DNA of 64,000 nucleotides, taken from positions 200,198,001-200,262,000 of the forward strand of contig NC_042998.1 of assembly GCF_006345805.1 (NCBI RefSeq), read 5' to 3'. Shown here piece after piece: positions 52,611 through 64,000 of this stretch (the first letter of the stretch is position 1; every line of letters starts with the position of its first letter). The translations under genes were made by a program, and so were the position numbers. The notes under the pieces were generated by a model. That model searched no databases, was not told the DNA's origin, and was given only the letters and a program-made list of their open reading frames with translations. Source of the stretch: Octopus sinensis (taxonomy: Eukaryota).

Positions 52611-52845
52611 AGGCGGCGAGCTGGCAGAAACGTTAGCACGCCGTGCGAAATGCGCAGCCGTATTTCGTCTGCCGTTACGTTCTGAATTCAAATTCCGCCG
52701 AGGTTGACTTTATCGTTCATCCTTTCGGGGTAGATAAATTAAGTACCAGTTACGCACTGGCGTCGATATAATCGACTTAATCCATTTGTCTGTCCTTGTT
52801 TGTCCCCTCTGTGTTTAGCCCCTTGTGTGTGGTAAAGAAATAGGT
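52611..52845 (+). mobile_element. SINE family C, full length
   Basis: GGCGGCGAGCTGGCAGAAACG head, TTCAAATTCC B-box-like, CATCCTTTCGGGGTAGATAAATTAAGTACC core. Confidence 0.9.
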
Positions 52846-53603
52846 ATACTTACAGGTCTGCCTTCAGAATAAACTGTATATATGATTTCCAATATATTCT
52901 TACATAAGTTCGCAAGCAGATAGATTCGTTAGTACCCTGGGGAAAGAGCTTCGCGGCATTTCGGCCGTCTTTACGTTTGAAGTTTGAAATAGTCCGAGGT
53001 ACATTTTGTCTTGCATCATTTTGAGGTCGATCAGTAGTAGCAAAAGTATATGCAATTGAAAAACACTGCATTATTTATGGGATGACCCAATATATATATA
53101 GTGGACTACCTCTCGTTGAATAATTACCACTTCCAAGGTTCTGCTTGCCAGAAAACCTATTTAACCTTTATTTTACCAGCTCTATTCCGTAAACTTGGAT
53201 TTTTATTAGCATACATACCAACGTCAGTCGCTAACCGTGAACTACCTTATTGAAATTCGATATACGAAAGATTTACAAATTTCTATGTCAAAACACGGTT
53301 GTTCCGGATTATTTCTTTTATATCTTCTACGGATTGTTCGAAGCTTACTAACTTTCCAAATCTCGAACCTTGGATCTCACGTTCATATAAAATCATATAT
53401 ATATATATACTCACACACACATATATAGACGCAAACATACCAAAGCACTCTCTATTTCTCTCTCTCTCTCTCTCTCACACAGACAGACACACATATGTGT
53501 GTGGTGTGTGTTTGTGTGTGTGCGAGTCTGTGTGTACCTATGCATACATGTATATCTGTACACACACACACAAACAAACACACACGCACACTCACACACA
53601 CAT

Positions 53604-53635
<32 letters not shown>

Positions 53636-53656
53636 CACACACACACACACACACAC

Positions 53657-53719
<63 letters not shown>

Positions 53720-54149
53720 CAAAGAGGGAGAGAAAGGGAGAGAGAGATTACACGTATGTACGTTTACACTAGCCCATATACACACATCCACACCGAAAAG
53801 GCAGAGAGTAAATTCTGTAAAATGGTTGGTGACGCTCACATTTTAAAATATTGATTCCTTGTGGGGTGGACAGTATTCCTTTGATAACATTTTCAATGAC
53901 ACTCTGACATGTGAAGTGGAATTACTTGAAAGCAAAATATATTGATGCCTAGTAATTACACATCTCATTTTGCAGCCAACTATTAATGTCGACATTTACA
54001 TCAGCAACAGTGTTATTAATAGTGGCCGCCTTTCGAAAATCCACGGATGGTAAATATTCTGCTGTATAGTTAAGTCCTTGCGGTAATATATATTTCATAT
54101 TATTATTTGAATAAAAAATATTTTATGAGTGATACACTCATGCATATAT

Positions 54150-54680
54150 ACGTACATGACCTCACAGTAATGTTTACCAATGAAACATGATATTCTAGGT
54201 AGGACACATTGAGATGCATCGGTAGGATAACCCCGAGGCCAAAGAAATAAGAATCTACCGTATGGTAGAAGCCATAGACACAGCAACTAATCATATAAAA
54301 GGTATACTAATGCAATGTCCCAGAGGAAACCTCAATAAAATGTAAACATACTAGACCTGACATAGTAAATTGGGATAAATTAGAGAAACTTCATGAAGTT
54401 GTGGAAATCAGCTGCCCAGCGTATTTTAACATAAAGCTTAAAACCAGCGAAAAAGAAAATACCTGCGGTGATCTATTGAGGAATCTTCTGCTACTGTATC
54501 TAGATTAAAAGTTTCAGGATTATAAGTATAATTGTTCGGGCCCTGTGATATGTAACACAGCCGAAATACCAATCTTTAGAAATTAGGCTTCTCAAAAGCA
54601 GAAAGGATAAAGCTGATTCTTAGGCTGCAGATCCAAGCCATCACTTAAACTGCAAAAACTGTAAGACTTTCCGGAAGTTT
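54150..54680 (+). mobile_element. Decayed 3' end of an RLE-type non-LTR retrotransposon (R4/NeSL/HERO group)
   Basis: TRPDIVNWDK...VVEISCPA..N...SEKEN..GDLLRNL...VRAL...KLGFS...KTVRLSGS-like motifs. Confidence 0.8.
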
Positions 54681-55030
54681 ATCACTTTTGTATATATGCG
54701 CATGTCAAGAGATGCAACTATATGCACGAGAATACATGCATAAAACAAAACGTACACATTTGCTCACATACCTACATACATACATACATACATACATATA
54801 GGCATACGCGCACGCGCATACACACACAGACACACACAGACACACAAGCATATATACTCTCATATATTGTAAAGGAATGCGGACACGGAATGCATGCTGC
54901 TACCTTATTAGGGTTCGGACATGGACCCAGGTTTGGCTAGCGACATCGAATGATGGAAAATAGAATTGTGCAAGATAAATCAATAGACAATACTTCATTC
55001 ATTGGATTTCATATGCCATACGCTGTATAT

Positions 55031-55452
55031 ACTCTTTTACTCTTTACTCTTTTAGTATTTTACTTGTTTCAGTCATTTGACTTGCGGCCATGCTGGAGTA
55101 CCGCCTTTAGTCGAGCAAATCGACCCCGGGACTTTGTAAGCTTTGTAAGCCCAGTACTTATTCTATCGGTCTCTTTTGCCGAACCGCTAAGTGACGGGGA
55201 CGTAAACACACCAGCATCGGTTGTCAAGCAATGCTAGGGGGACAAACACAGACACACAAACACACACACACACATATATATATATATACATATATACGAC
55301 AGCCTTCTTTCAGTTTCCGTCTACCAAATCCACTCACAAGGCATTGGTCGGCCCGGGGCTATAGCAGAAGACACTTGCCCAAGATGCCACGCAGTGGGAC
55401 TGAACCCGGAACCATGTGGTTGGTTAGCAAGCTACTTACCACACAGCCACTC
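55031..55452 (-). mobile_element. SINE family A, full length
   Basis: Similarity to other copies. Confidence 0.95.
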
Positions 55453-55739
55453 CACATATAAACAAAACATGATAAAGAAGAATGAGAATTACACATCATC
55501 AAAGCTCGTTCATTACGGAATTATTGTTATTAAATTTACATTAGATTAGAACTCGATATGTGTTTTCTCTCCATAAGCGTCCTAATCTCCTTTGATGTAG
55601 CATTTATGGGCATTTAGTTGCATTATTTAAAAAAGAATATTTAAAAACTCGAATTGATAAACTAACCCTTTCATATGCCACATGAGATGACGAGCCTATC
55701 ACTTTGATGGGAAAAAAGAAGGACAATGATTTTATGAAT

Positions 55740-57000
55740 AATGATGACAGATTACAATTTTATTTTTTAGTCTTAGAGAATTCCACTATCTAATCCACAG
55801 TTTGGAATACCATCCAGAATGTAAAATTCCACTGCTTCATTTTACATAAGAACCAACATCTGAAAAAATCACACCTTTTAATTAGGAGCTACACATAGTT
55901 TAAAACAAGTAATATATACCACTTAGACTATAAATCATAGCCATTTCTAAATAGAAATATACTTCGCAAAAATTATAAAACAACTTGTTAAAATAACCTA
56001 TTTGGTGTGAACTTGCAGACAAAGAAAATAGAAATATTACATTTAGAAGATAGAAAAACTCTACCTCCCTAAAGATAAAAAAATTAACCTGAAGGCTCAT
56101 AAGCCTATCATCACTAATAAACCCTTTGTTAGACCTCTATACCCCTCCAAATATGATATAGGCAGAATTAATGCAATTATTATTGACAATTCCTAAGCTT
56201 ACCCACCTAATTTTAATTAATAAAACATTAATATTCGCAATGAGAAGCTCTAGCTTATCTAAAGAAGGGATAGACATACAGGCTGTTAGAAAAAAAAAAA
56301 TGAATTTAAATGAATTGTGTGGCGAAAGATGGGTTTGATCAATTTGATATTACCGTGCGCTCCAGCGATTCTGATCAAGTAACGGACTTTTAAGGAATTT
56401 GTATTTTAAATTGTATTTGTAGTGAATATCCGAAAATGGGGTGAGGAAGATTACATTTGGGCATCACTCTCTTTTCTGTATATAAATCAAGTAATATAAA
56501 TATGGAAAGATCCAGAAATATACTCTTTAAATTATTTAAAGACCTAGGTATGTCTTTTTACATTGAAAAGGAACAGAGCAAAGTGAATTTTCTAGATGTT
56601 AATTAGAATTTGATTTGGATACGAAAGCATAAAACTGTATCACAAACAATGATAACCTTAATACGTAAGTATAAGCACAAATCATTATAAAAATATTACT
56701 CGTTCTATCGTTAAAAAGATTTCTCTTTGTATATCTAAACTATCAACTAAATGAAGTGATATTCAGAGATAATGAAAAAATACTCTGATCATTCCCTAGC
56801 TGAAGGTGGATATAAAGATAGAATATTCTATATCCCTAAAAGTGGAAATCAAAGAACATAGAAATAAGATTTATGCTATGGATCAAATAGGTTCAGCTAA
56901 TAAAAATTGAACATTAAACAAAGAAGCTTGACAAAGATAATTTGATTTCCAGGCACCACGTCGAAAGTCATAATAGTAAGAATAATTTGCATAATGGATA
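55740..57000 (+). mobile_element. Decayed PLE RT region
   Basis: LKAHKP...VRPLYPSKYDIGRI, FDITVRSSDSDQV, LFKDLG...KVNFLDV. Confidence 0.75.
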
Positions 57001-57187
57001 ACGAAATAATTCAAAGTAAACCTCATAACCGTAATAATATATCTTCTGAGGAAACACATAAACAGACAGAAATATAAGGCCGTTAACAAAACCAATGATC
57101 ACCTGCTAAAAGAAAAGCTAAATCTTAACTTATTTTATGGCACAATGTTGTCTTCGGAACAGAGATAGCAAGAACACGCACACATGT

Positions 57188-57627
57188 TAGTTAGTTAGTT
57201 AGTTAATTTGGCTCAAAAGCAAATAGCAAGGCCTTGTAGGGGGACATGGAGTTAAGTACAGGGTGGTGTTCATGTAAAGAGTTCAGGCCACTTGAGGTCC
57301 AGGGAGGCTTTGAACAAAGCGGTCGTCGGCATCTTCACCATCTCGTCTGGCAAGCTTGTTCCACGGATCCGCAACCCGGACGGAGAAAGCTCCTCTCCTT
57401 CGATTGAGATGAAATCGTCGCAGGTAGAGCTTTTCGGAATGACCCCGCAGCCGACGCTCTGGAGCAGGAGTGAAGAACAGCTCTTTCAAGAGGTTACACT
57501 TTCCGCTTATGATGCTGTGGGCGAGAATGAGATCACCACGGCGGCGGCGTTTTTCAAGAGAATAAAGGTCGAGCGTCCTCAGCCTTTCTTCATAGGGCAA
57601 ATTTTTGAGACCATGAACCATGCGTAT
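57188..57627 (-). mobile_element. CR1 LINE 3' fragment with (TAAC)n tail
   Basis: LPYEERLRTLDLYSLEKRRRRGDLI...LRGHSEKL...FSVRVADPWNKL. Confidence 0.93.
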
Positions 57628-57734
57628 GAGTCTGCTTATTATTATATATTACTCGTGCCGTCGTCAAAAATATTTGTCGTTGTATACCTCGGCTATCTGC
57701 TAAATGAAGAGATATTTAAGAATAATTTATATTT

Positions 57735-58150
57735 AGCTTTTAGTTACCTCAGTCACTACCCTGCGGCCGTGCTGCGATACCGCCTTGGAGAAGTTTTAGT
57801 CGAACGAAACAACTCCAGTACTAATTTTTTAAAGCCTGGTTCATATTCTATCGATGTCTTTTGCCCAACCACTTGGTTCTGGGGACGTAAATGCACCAAC
57901 GCTGTTTTGCAGCGGTGGTGGGTAAAACACTTATACAAAGACACATACACAGACACGTACGCGCGCACAAACAGACACACACAGACACACGCACGTGTTT
58001 CATTCACTTTCTGTTCACCATTTACAGGACTTTGGTGTGCCCGAGGTTATAGCAGAAGATACTTGTCGAAGGTGCCGCGCAATGGAGATGAACCCGGAAC
58101 CATGTGGTTGGGAAGCAAGATCCCTCATCACACAGCCTCACCCACGCCTA
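57735..58150 (-). mobile_element. SINE family A, old diverged copy
   Basis: Recognisable head (gaacccggaaccatgtggttg) and tail. Confidence 0.8.
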
Positions 58151-58474
58151 TATATGGTGTGTCTGTGTGCATACTCTCTCACACGCACATGCCACATGCT
58201 ATCGGATGTTGTCATACACCGCTGACGAAGCAGGCAGGTCGTAGTTCTCAACCAACACCAACCGGTCGTAGGGTGACACTTTTACAGCCGAGTGGACTAA
58301 GATAATGTGAATTGTAATGCTGTACTTGAGAACATCACGTATCTCCCGCTCTGGGAACGAAAGTCACCATCTTATTCCAACCATTAGGTTATACGGTGTC
58401 ACACATGCGCATGCGAGCGCTCTTGTATATACTATCACACATGCATATAATATATATATATACATATATATATA

Positions 58475-58738
58475 TGATCACGTGACCGACCAGTCCATCA
58501 GATGTAGCTACACATCGCTGGTCACAATGCGTTCGCATTGTTTTAGCCTTGGAATGACGCCACCCCGCTGGCTAAGCGAGCAGGCCAACAGAAGAAAGAA
58601 TTGGAGAAAGAGTGGTGAAAGAGTACAGCAGGGATCACTACCCCCTGCCGGAGCCTCGTGGAGCTTTTAGGTCTGGGAATTGAAACCGCGATCCTACGAC
58701 CACGAGTCCGCTGCCCTAACCACTGGGCCATTGCGCTT

Positions 58739-58742
<4 letters not shown>
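58475..58742 (-). mobile_element. SINE family B variant with a third type of 3' tail
   Basis: Same head, internal deletion, tail ...GACCAGCGATGTGTAGCTACATCTGATGGACTGGTCGGTCACGTGATCA. Confidence 0.85.
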
Positions 58743-58787
<45 letters not shown>

Positions 58788-59032
58788 CACAACTTTGGAA
58801 TGATTTCTCTAAGGTCAGTTAAACTTAGGGCTTAGCTGATTAAACACTCAGTGAGATTGTTAACGGAATTCAAAGACTTTTAGATTATGATGCCATCTGA
58901 TACCTTTGATGTGGAAGTCAGTGGGACAGGGAAACAGATATCCACATTAATTAACAATATAATAAATAAATAAAATATATGCATATATACACACATATAT
59001 GTACATACTTACATCTACATGTATATATACAA

Positions 59033-59069
<37 letters not shown>

Positions 59070-59073
<4 letters not shown>

Positions 59074-59255
59074 TACAGGACACCAGAAATAAACGTAGAA
59101 CACAACGAGAAACGAAAACAAAATCAAACAAGGAAACTTTCTTAACAACGAAAAAACAGAGTACTGGACAAACAATACAAGGAAAATTCCCCTTCATCAG
59201 CTGTCCCTGCTTCGACTCAATGCGTGTTTCAAAGGTAGATATTTTATCCGTTTCA
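59070..59255 (-). mobile_element. PLE-like terminal fragment next to (TA)n
   Basis: Minus strand CTGATGAAGGGG followed by a pyrimidine-rich tail, as at 7165 and 61100. Confidence 0.4.
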
Positions 59256-60557
59256 TGTTGGTGAAGAAACAATAAAATATGACGTTGGCATACATGTTTT
59301 AAAGCAGTTTTTCTTCTTCTTTTTTATGTCTACCTGCTGGGAGGGAGGCCTTCCAAGTTCGGCGTTTTGCATGTTATACCTTCAGAGTTGATATATATTC
59401 TAGCAACAAAACAACTCAACGATTGCATTTCATCTCGTTTCTAAAAAAGAATACGCTTAACTATTGTGCTCTATAATTTTTATCGTAATGTATTCATTTT
59501 AGACACAATATTAGGTCAATTCCCCTTATCTTTTCACATGAAAGGAGTCGGTACACATCTATGAACATTGATTTTTTCTGGAATTGTGAATAAATTGGTG
59601 AGTAAATGTTTTCAAGCTCTGCCAAAAAAAAATATAGGTTTAACTCTTTTAGAGAATCAAGAGTTGAAATTCGCAAGCAAGTGTTCTACAGAAAACTCTT
59701 TGCGTTGGATACGATAACCCATTTACCATAAATTGATACTTTAAGGGCTTCAGGTTGATTAAATACTAATGAATGAAAATTACGTATAAGACTTTTGGAG
59801 TTGTTCCTTCTATATTTATCCATCAATCGAATCAAGGAGTTAGTCTGATGTTAACTCCTTTCTACCAGAATCGAATGCAATATAAATGTCATGGGTGCCG
59901 CTCTTTCCCCTCAATCGAAATCATATAAAAACAATAAACAAAATAATTCTGTTTGTATACGATTGGTCTTACCATTTCAATAATTGCGCTGAGGGCAGTT
60001 TAATCTACTAAAAGCATTCTGTGAAATTTCTGACATTCTTCCAAAGTGAGAAACGAATAATTATAAATTAGAAATTAAAGAAATATTTATTCGGAAGTTG
60101 TGTCAGTTATATTGATTTAGAAAAAGTGAGAGAGAAAAAAAAATGTTTCATAATATTTCTAACCGGCGTATCTTCTCATTAATTACTGTCAGCTGAATGT
60201 TCTTTTTCTTAATTAATGTAATATGACATTCAGGACGAATGAAGAAAATTCATTAATTTCTCAGCTGTTTCAATATTAATTTTTTTATGACGTCAACTGC
60301 CGAACAAAAAATAAAATACCGGTGGGCCGAGTCTGCAATATGGATTCATATATCGCTTAAAGATGTTTTTGTCACTAAAGAGAAGCAAGAATGTTCGCGT
60401 CGCTAAAACATATGCCGCATATGTTACTTGGTTCGTCTCTACCACGCGGTATAAAATTCAGGAGGTCCCTTTGCTATAGCATTTATTTGCTCACTTTTTG
60501 TGAAGTGAATTCATAACAGATATAAACTGTGTTCAAATATGGTAAGTTTATATATAA

Positions 60558-60723
60558 AGGAGTGGCTGAGTGGTAAGTAGCTTGCTAACCAACCACATGG
60601 TTCCGGGTTCAGTCCCACTGCGTGGCATCTTGGGCAAGTGTCTTCTGCTATAGCCCCGGGCCGACCAATGCCTTGTGAGTGGATTTGGTAGACGGAAACT
60701 GAAAGAAGCCTGTCGTATATATG

Positions 60724-60760
<37 letters not shown>

Positions 60761-60965
60761 GTGTGTGTGAGTATGTCTCTGTTTGTCCCCCTAGCATTGC
60801 TTGACAACCGATGCTGGTGTGTTTAAGTCCCCGTCACTTAGCGGTTCGGCATAAGAAACCGAAAGAATAAGTACTGGGCTTACAAAGAATAAGTCCCGAC
60901 TAAAGGCGGTGCTCCAGCATGGCCGCAGTCAAATGACTGAAACAAGTAAAAGAAAAAGAAAGAAA
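60558..60965 (+). mobile_element. SINE family A with a small internal deletion
   Basis: Similarity to other copies. Confidence 0.95.
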
Positions 60966-60984
60966 AAGAATACACACACATGCG

Positions 60985-61160
60985 TACATGACGTCACCAA
61001 CAATGAAAATAACATGAAATACGTAGACACCTGAGGGAAAGCGAGTGAAATACGTAAAAAACGAGAAAAATGGAAAATAGGACAAGTAAGCACAGAGAAA
61101 GGACCCTTCATCCGTTGACGGCTGTCTATCTACTCATTTCGAGTATTCGACGACAATATG
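60985..61160 (-). mobile_element. Solo copy of the pLTR-like sequence seen at 6985-7270
   Basis: gagtgaaatacgtaa...aaaaatggaaaa.aggacaagt...ggaccc.tcatc.gtt...ctgtctatctac. Confidence 0.65.
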
Positions 61161-61199
61161 AGTCTTCAAAGACAGTTACTCCCACGCTCCCATAAATTC

Positions 61200-61319
61200 T
61201 ATCGAAGGTGACTAGACGCAATATAAACCCCAAAATGAAAAAAGCTTGTCATTAATATTATATATATTAGTGACAAGCTTTTCCTTTTTGGTTTATATTG
61301 CGTGCAGCTACCTTCGATA
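61200..61319. repeat. Imperfect foldback, arms about 58 bp
   Basis: tatcgaagg...gcaatataaacc...aagcttgtca / tgacaagctt...ggtttatattgc...ccttcgata. Confidence 0.8.
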
Positions 61320-61320
61320 T

Positions 61321-61355
<35 letters not shown>

Positions 61356-61415
61356 AAATTAGAAAATGGAGAAATACATCTTAATCAATAATCAACTACC
61401 AGATAATACCCAATC

Positions 61416-61446
<31 letters not shown>

Positions 61447-62060
61447 TTGATTGATAGATGGATAGATAAATATATAAATAAATGTATGTGTGCGCGTGTG
61501 TATACATATATATCTGAATGCTGAATAACAAATAGAACACCGGTGGGCCGCGTTTGCAAAATGAATTCAATTATCGCTAATTACGTATGGTGCAGTGTTG
61601 TGAGATCAAATTGTATCCGGTGGTGAGGCTCCAGTTCGGGTGTGTGGGGGTTCTGTGGAGTATAGCGTCACATGTTATTTGCCATTACTCCCAGGTCAGT
61701 TTTGACCTAGAACGGATGAAATTATACGGATCTCATCTATGAGTTAAATAGATTTTGGAAGCGTAGGCTGGGCTCCATAGCTGTGGTGAAGGCGATAAAT
61801 CTAGGTGATGGCAAACGCCGAAAGTAATATCCCTTTCAACATGACCTAACAGTGTATGGCTGATGTAATAACATAAGGTGTGTTCAATAATATCTCGTGA
61901 CAGGGCATATTGTACCGCAGGCGTATTTCGCGGGAAACGGTGATGGTAGTGGAGACGATGATTTACACACAGATACGTACATAAATACATGCATACATGT
62001 ACGTACACACACAAGAATACTTCGACAAAAATAACACCGAAAATATTGAAAATACCCAAA

Positions 62061-62240
62061 CCGTTCGATTCACTTCAACATTTAAGTTTAATTTGTCAAA
62101 ATATTTTCGTCGTTAAAATCCGCGACCTGTTCACTAACAAAAAAGATGCAGCACGGATTTTTGTCAGTGAACAGGTCGCGGATTTTAGCGACGAAAATAT
62201 TTTGACAAATTAAACTTAAATGTTGAAGTGAATCGAACGG
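62061..62240. mobile_element. Near-perfect foldback (arms about 83 bp), each arm carrying a hammerhead-like fold
   Basis: 62061-62143 is the reverse complement of 62157-62240 with about 2 mismatches. Confidence 0.9.
62160..62209 (+). ncRNA. Minimal type I hammerhead with G3:C8 swapped core
   Basis: Stem I UUUGUCA/UGACAAA, core GUGAACA, extra G, stem II GUCGC/GCGAC, GAAA, palindromic stem III AAUAUU, UUU triplet at 62200-62202. Confidence 0.65.
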
Positions 62241-62329
62241 CTTTTGTGTGTTTCTTAAATGGCGTATAAACACCTTCCACGCTGCAATTGTTATATATAT
62301 ATATACATACACACATACATGCACACATA

Positions 62330-63613
62330 CACTTGCGTCAGAAATTAATTAGCACTTCTCAAATTTCTACATTTTCTTACATTTTCTTAATTTAATTAAC
62401 TTATTATCAGAAACGAACTCGTTTTTAATCAAAAATTTATTAAAACATATCCCAGCATAACACATAATTGTTATTAATCGTGAAATTTAGTCAATATCTT
62501 GTTGCTCCTCCTTTGGCAGCAATGACAGCTGCTACGTGGGCCGGCATGCTGTCTATGAGTGCCTGCAGGTACTGTGCAGGGATGGCCCTCCATGCAGCAA
62601 GAAGTGCCCCAAACAGCTCGTGTCGGTTCCTGTATTGCTGCACATTCAAGTCCCTACCCAATCGACTCCAGAGGTTCTCAATAGGGTTCAGATCATGACC
62701 ATCACCCCATGGTCCTTCAAGAAACCGGTTGTGAGCTTGGCTGTGTGGGGAGCGCTTTGTCCTGCTGGAGCACGTACTCCTCGCCACCAAAGAGGTATCC
62801 CGCAGAGGGTAGGGCAGCATTCCGTACTATCTCAACGTACTTTGTGGCGTTGATGTTGCCTTCGACGGAATAGAGCCGCCCAACACCACTGTAGCTGAAC
62901 GCTCCCCACACCATCAGACCACCCCCACCATGCTTCATGGTGGGAGCAATGGAGTCTTTGTTGAAGCGCTCACCCCTGCGGCGTCGCACATGGACAGGCT
63001 TGTCACTGACGAGACTGAATCGCGACTCGTCAGTGAACATCACTGTCCGCCACTGCTGCAAGGTCCATGTCTTGTGGGCACGGGCCCAGAGCAGCCGCCT
63101 CTTCCAGTTTTAGGCTGTAAGGAGCGGCTTACGGGCGGCCCTACAGGATTTTAGACCAGCTTCCAGTAATCTGGTCTTGACGGTGGTTGTAGACAACTGC
63201 TTCCCTGTCACCTTTTGCATCTCCTCCGCCAGTTGCCGGCTTGTTGCCCTTCGGTTGTTCAGTGACTTTCGGATCAGCATCCGGTCCTCCCGCTGGGTCG
63301 TCAGCCTCTTCCGCCCCCTACCCTTTTTGTCAGCTGCTGATCCGGTGTGATTTCGGTCCTTGCGAGGCGCTACCTATATCTATTAAACAAAGGAAGATTT
63401 GTCTGCATCCGCACTCCAAGTTGTTGTTGCACTGCTATGTCAACATCATTAGGCTGTAGACTCTCAAACCGCTCTGCAAACAAAGTTCCGTCATCGTTCT
63501 GCGTAACAGTGAACTCGCAACAAAGCAATAGTTCGAGATATGGCCACTAGGTGACAGCACATACCTTGAGTGAAGAGCAAATCAAGGGTGCTAATTAATT
63601 TATTACGGTAGTG
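62330..63613 (-). mobile_element. Full-length (1284 bp) Tc1/mariner DNA transposon with a pseudogenised transposase
   Basis: 26-bp TIRs (22/26 identical), TA TSDs at 62328-62329 and 63614-63615; GRKRLTT..EDR, RKPLL, FTDESRF, KHGGG.LMVWGAF, QQD, DLNPIENLW, KGGATRY; stops, a frameshift and loss of the W..SP motif. Confidence 0.96.
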
Positions 63614-63632
63614 TACATGCGTACATACAGAC

Positions 63633-63935
63633 AGGCAGGCTTAGCTGTGTGGTAAAAGATTTGCTTCTTAACAACATGTTTCCATGTTCAGTCCCTCTGC
63701 ATGTTACCTTGGGCAAGTGTCTTTTTCTATAACCTTAGGCCGAACAAAGCCTTGCGAGTGGATTTCACAACCGGTGTTAGTGTATGTACGTCCTCGAAAC
63801 TTAGCGGTTCGGTAAAAGTGACTTTATAATTAATTATAGGATTAAAAATTAAAAGACGTTCTGGGGACGATTCGTTCGACTAAAATTCTTGAAGGTGATG
63901 CCTTAACATGGCTGAAGTTAAATGAGTGAAATAAC
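63633..63935 (+). mobile_element. SINE family A, old diverged and internally deleted copy
   Basis: Recognisable head and tail motifs. Confidence 0.75.
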
Positions 63936-64000
63936 TCCAAGTCAAACGATAAAGATATTATTGTAAACTGCAAATCTACAAATATGTTTTCTGTATGTCG

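Noticed and set aside
57292-58305. 337-aa plus-strand ORF, the longest in the track
   Set aside because: Antisense to a CR1 fragment fused to an old SINE; a chance open frame
1-64000. CRISPR arrays, rRNA genes, operon-like prokaryotic systems
   Set aside because: None seen; the sequence is eukaryotic and its repeats are microsatellites or transposable elements

Overview
This is AT-rich, microsatellite-dense eukaryotic DNA. Its SINE and retroelement content resembles what I recall from octopus (coleoid cephalopod) genomes; that assignment is inference. I found one convincing host coding exon: a 96-bp, phase-0/phase-0 exon on the minus strand at 44359-44454. It encodes a peptide matching carbonic anhydrase-related proteins (CA10/CA11/CARP), so the window is probably mostly intronic. 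The rest is transposable elements: three tRNA-headed SINE groups, decayed RTE and CR1 LINEs, a same-orientation cluster of three R4/Dong-like elements inside (TAA)n arrays, many Penelope-like element (PLE) fragments, two non-autonomous Helitrons, a MITE and a full-length but dead Tc1/mariner. The most interesting signal is a set of hammerhead ribozyme (HHR) folds in several unrelated foldback or PLE-derived elements. Two have compensatory swaps of the core C3-G8 tertiary pair (U3:A8 at 582-624, G3:C8 at 62160-62209). One element has twin head-to-head HHRs with a long stem II. One PLE 3' end carries a tRNA-like Pol III promoter directly upstream of an HHR and is present twice. All alignments and folds were done by eye. 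Edges of decayed elements are approximate, and no database search or cleavage assay was run.
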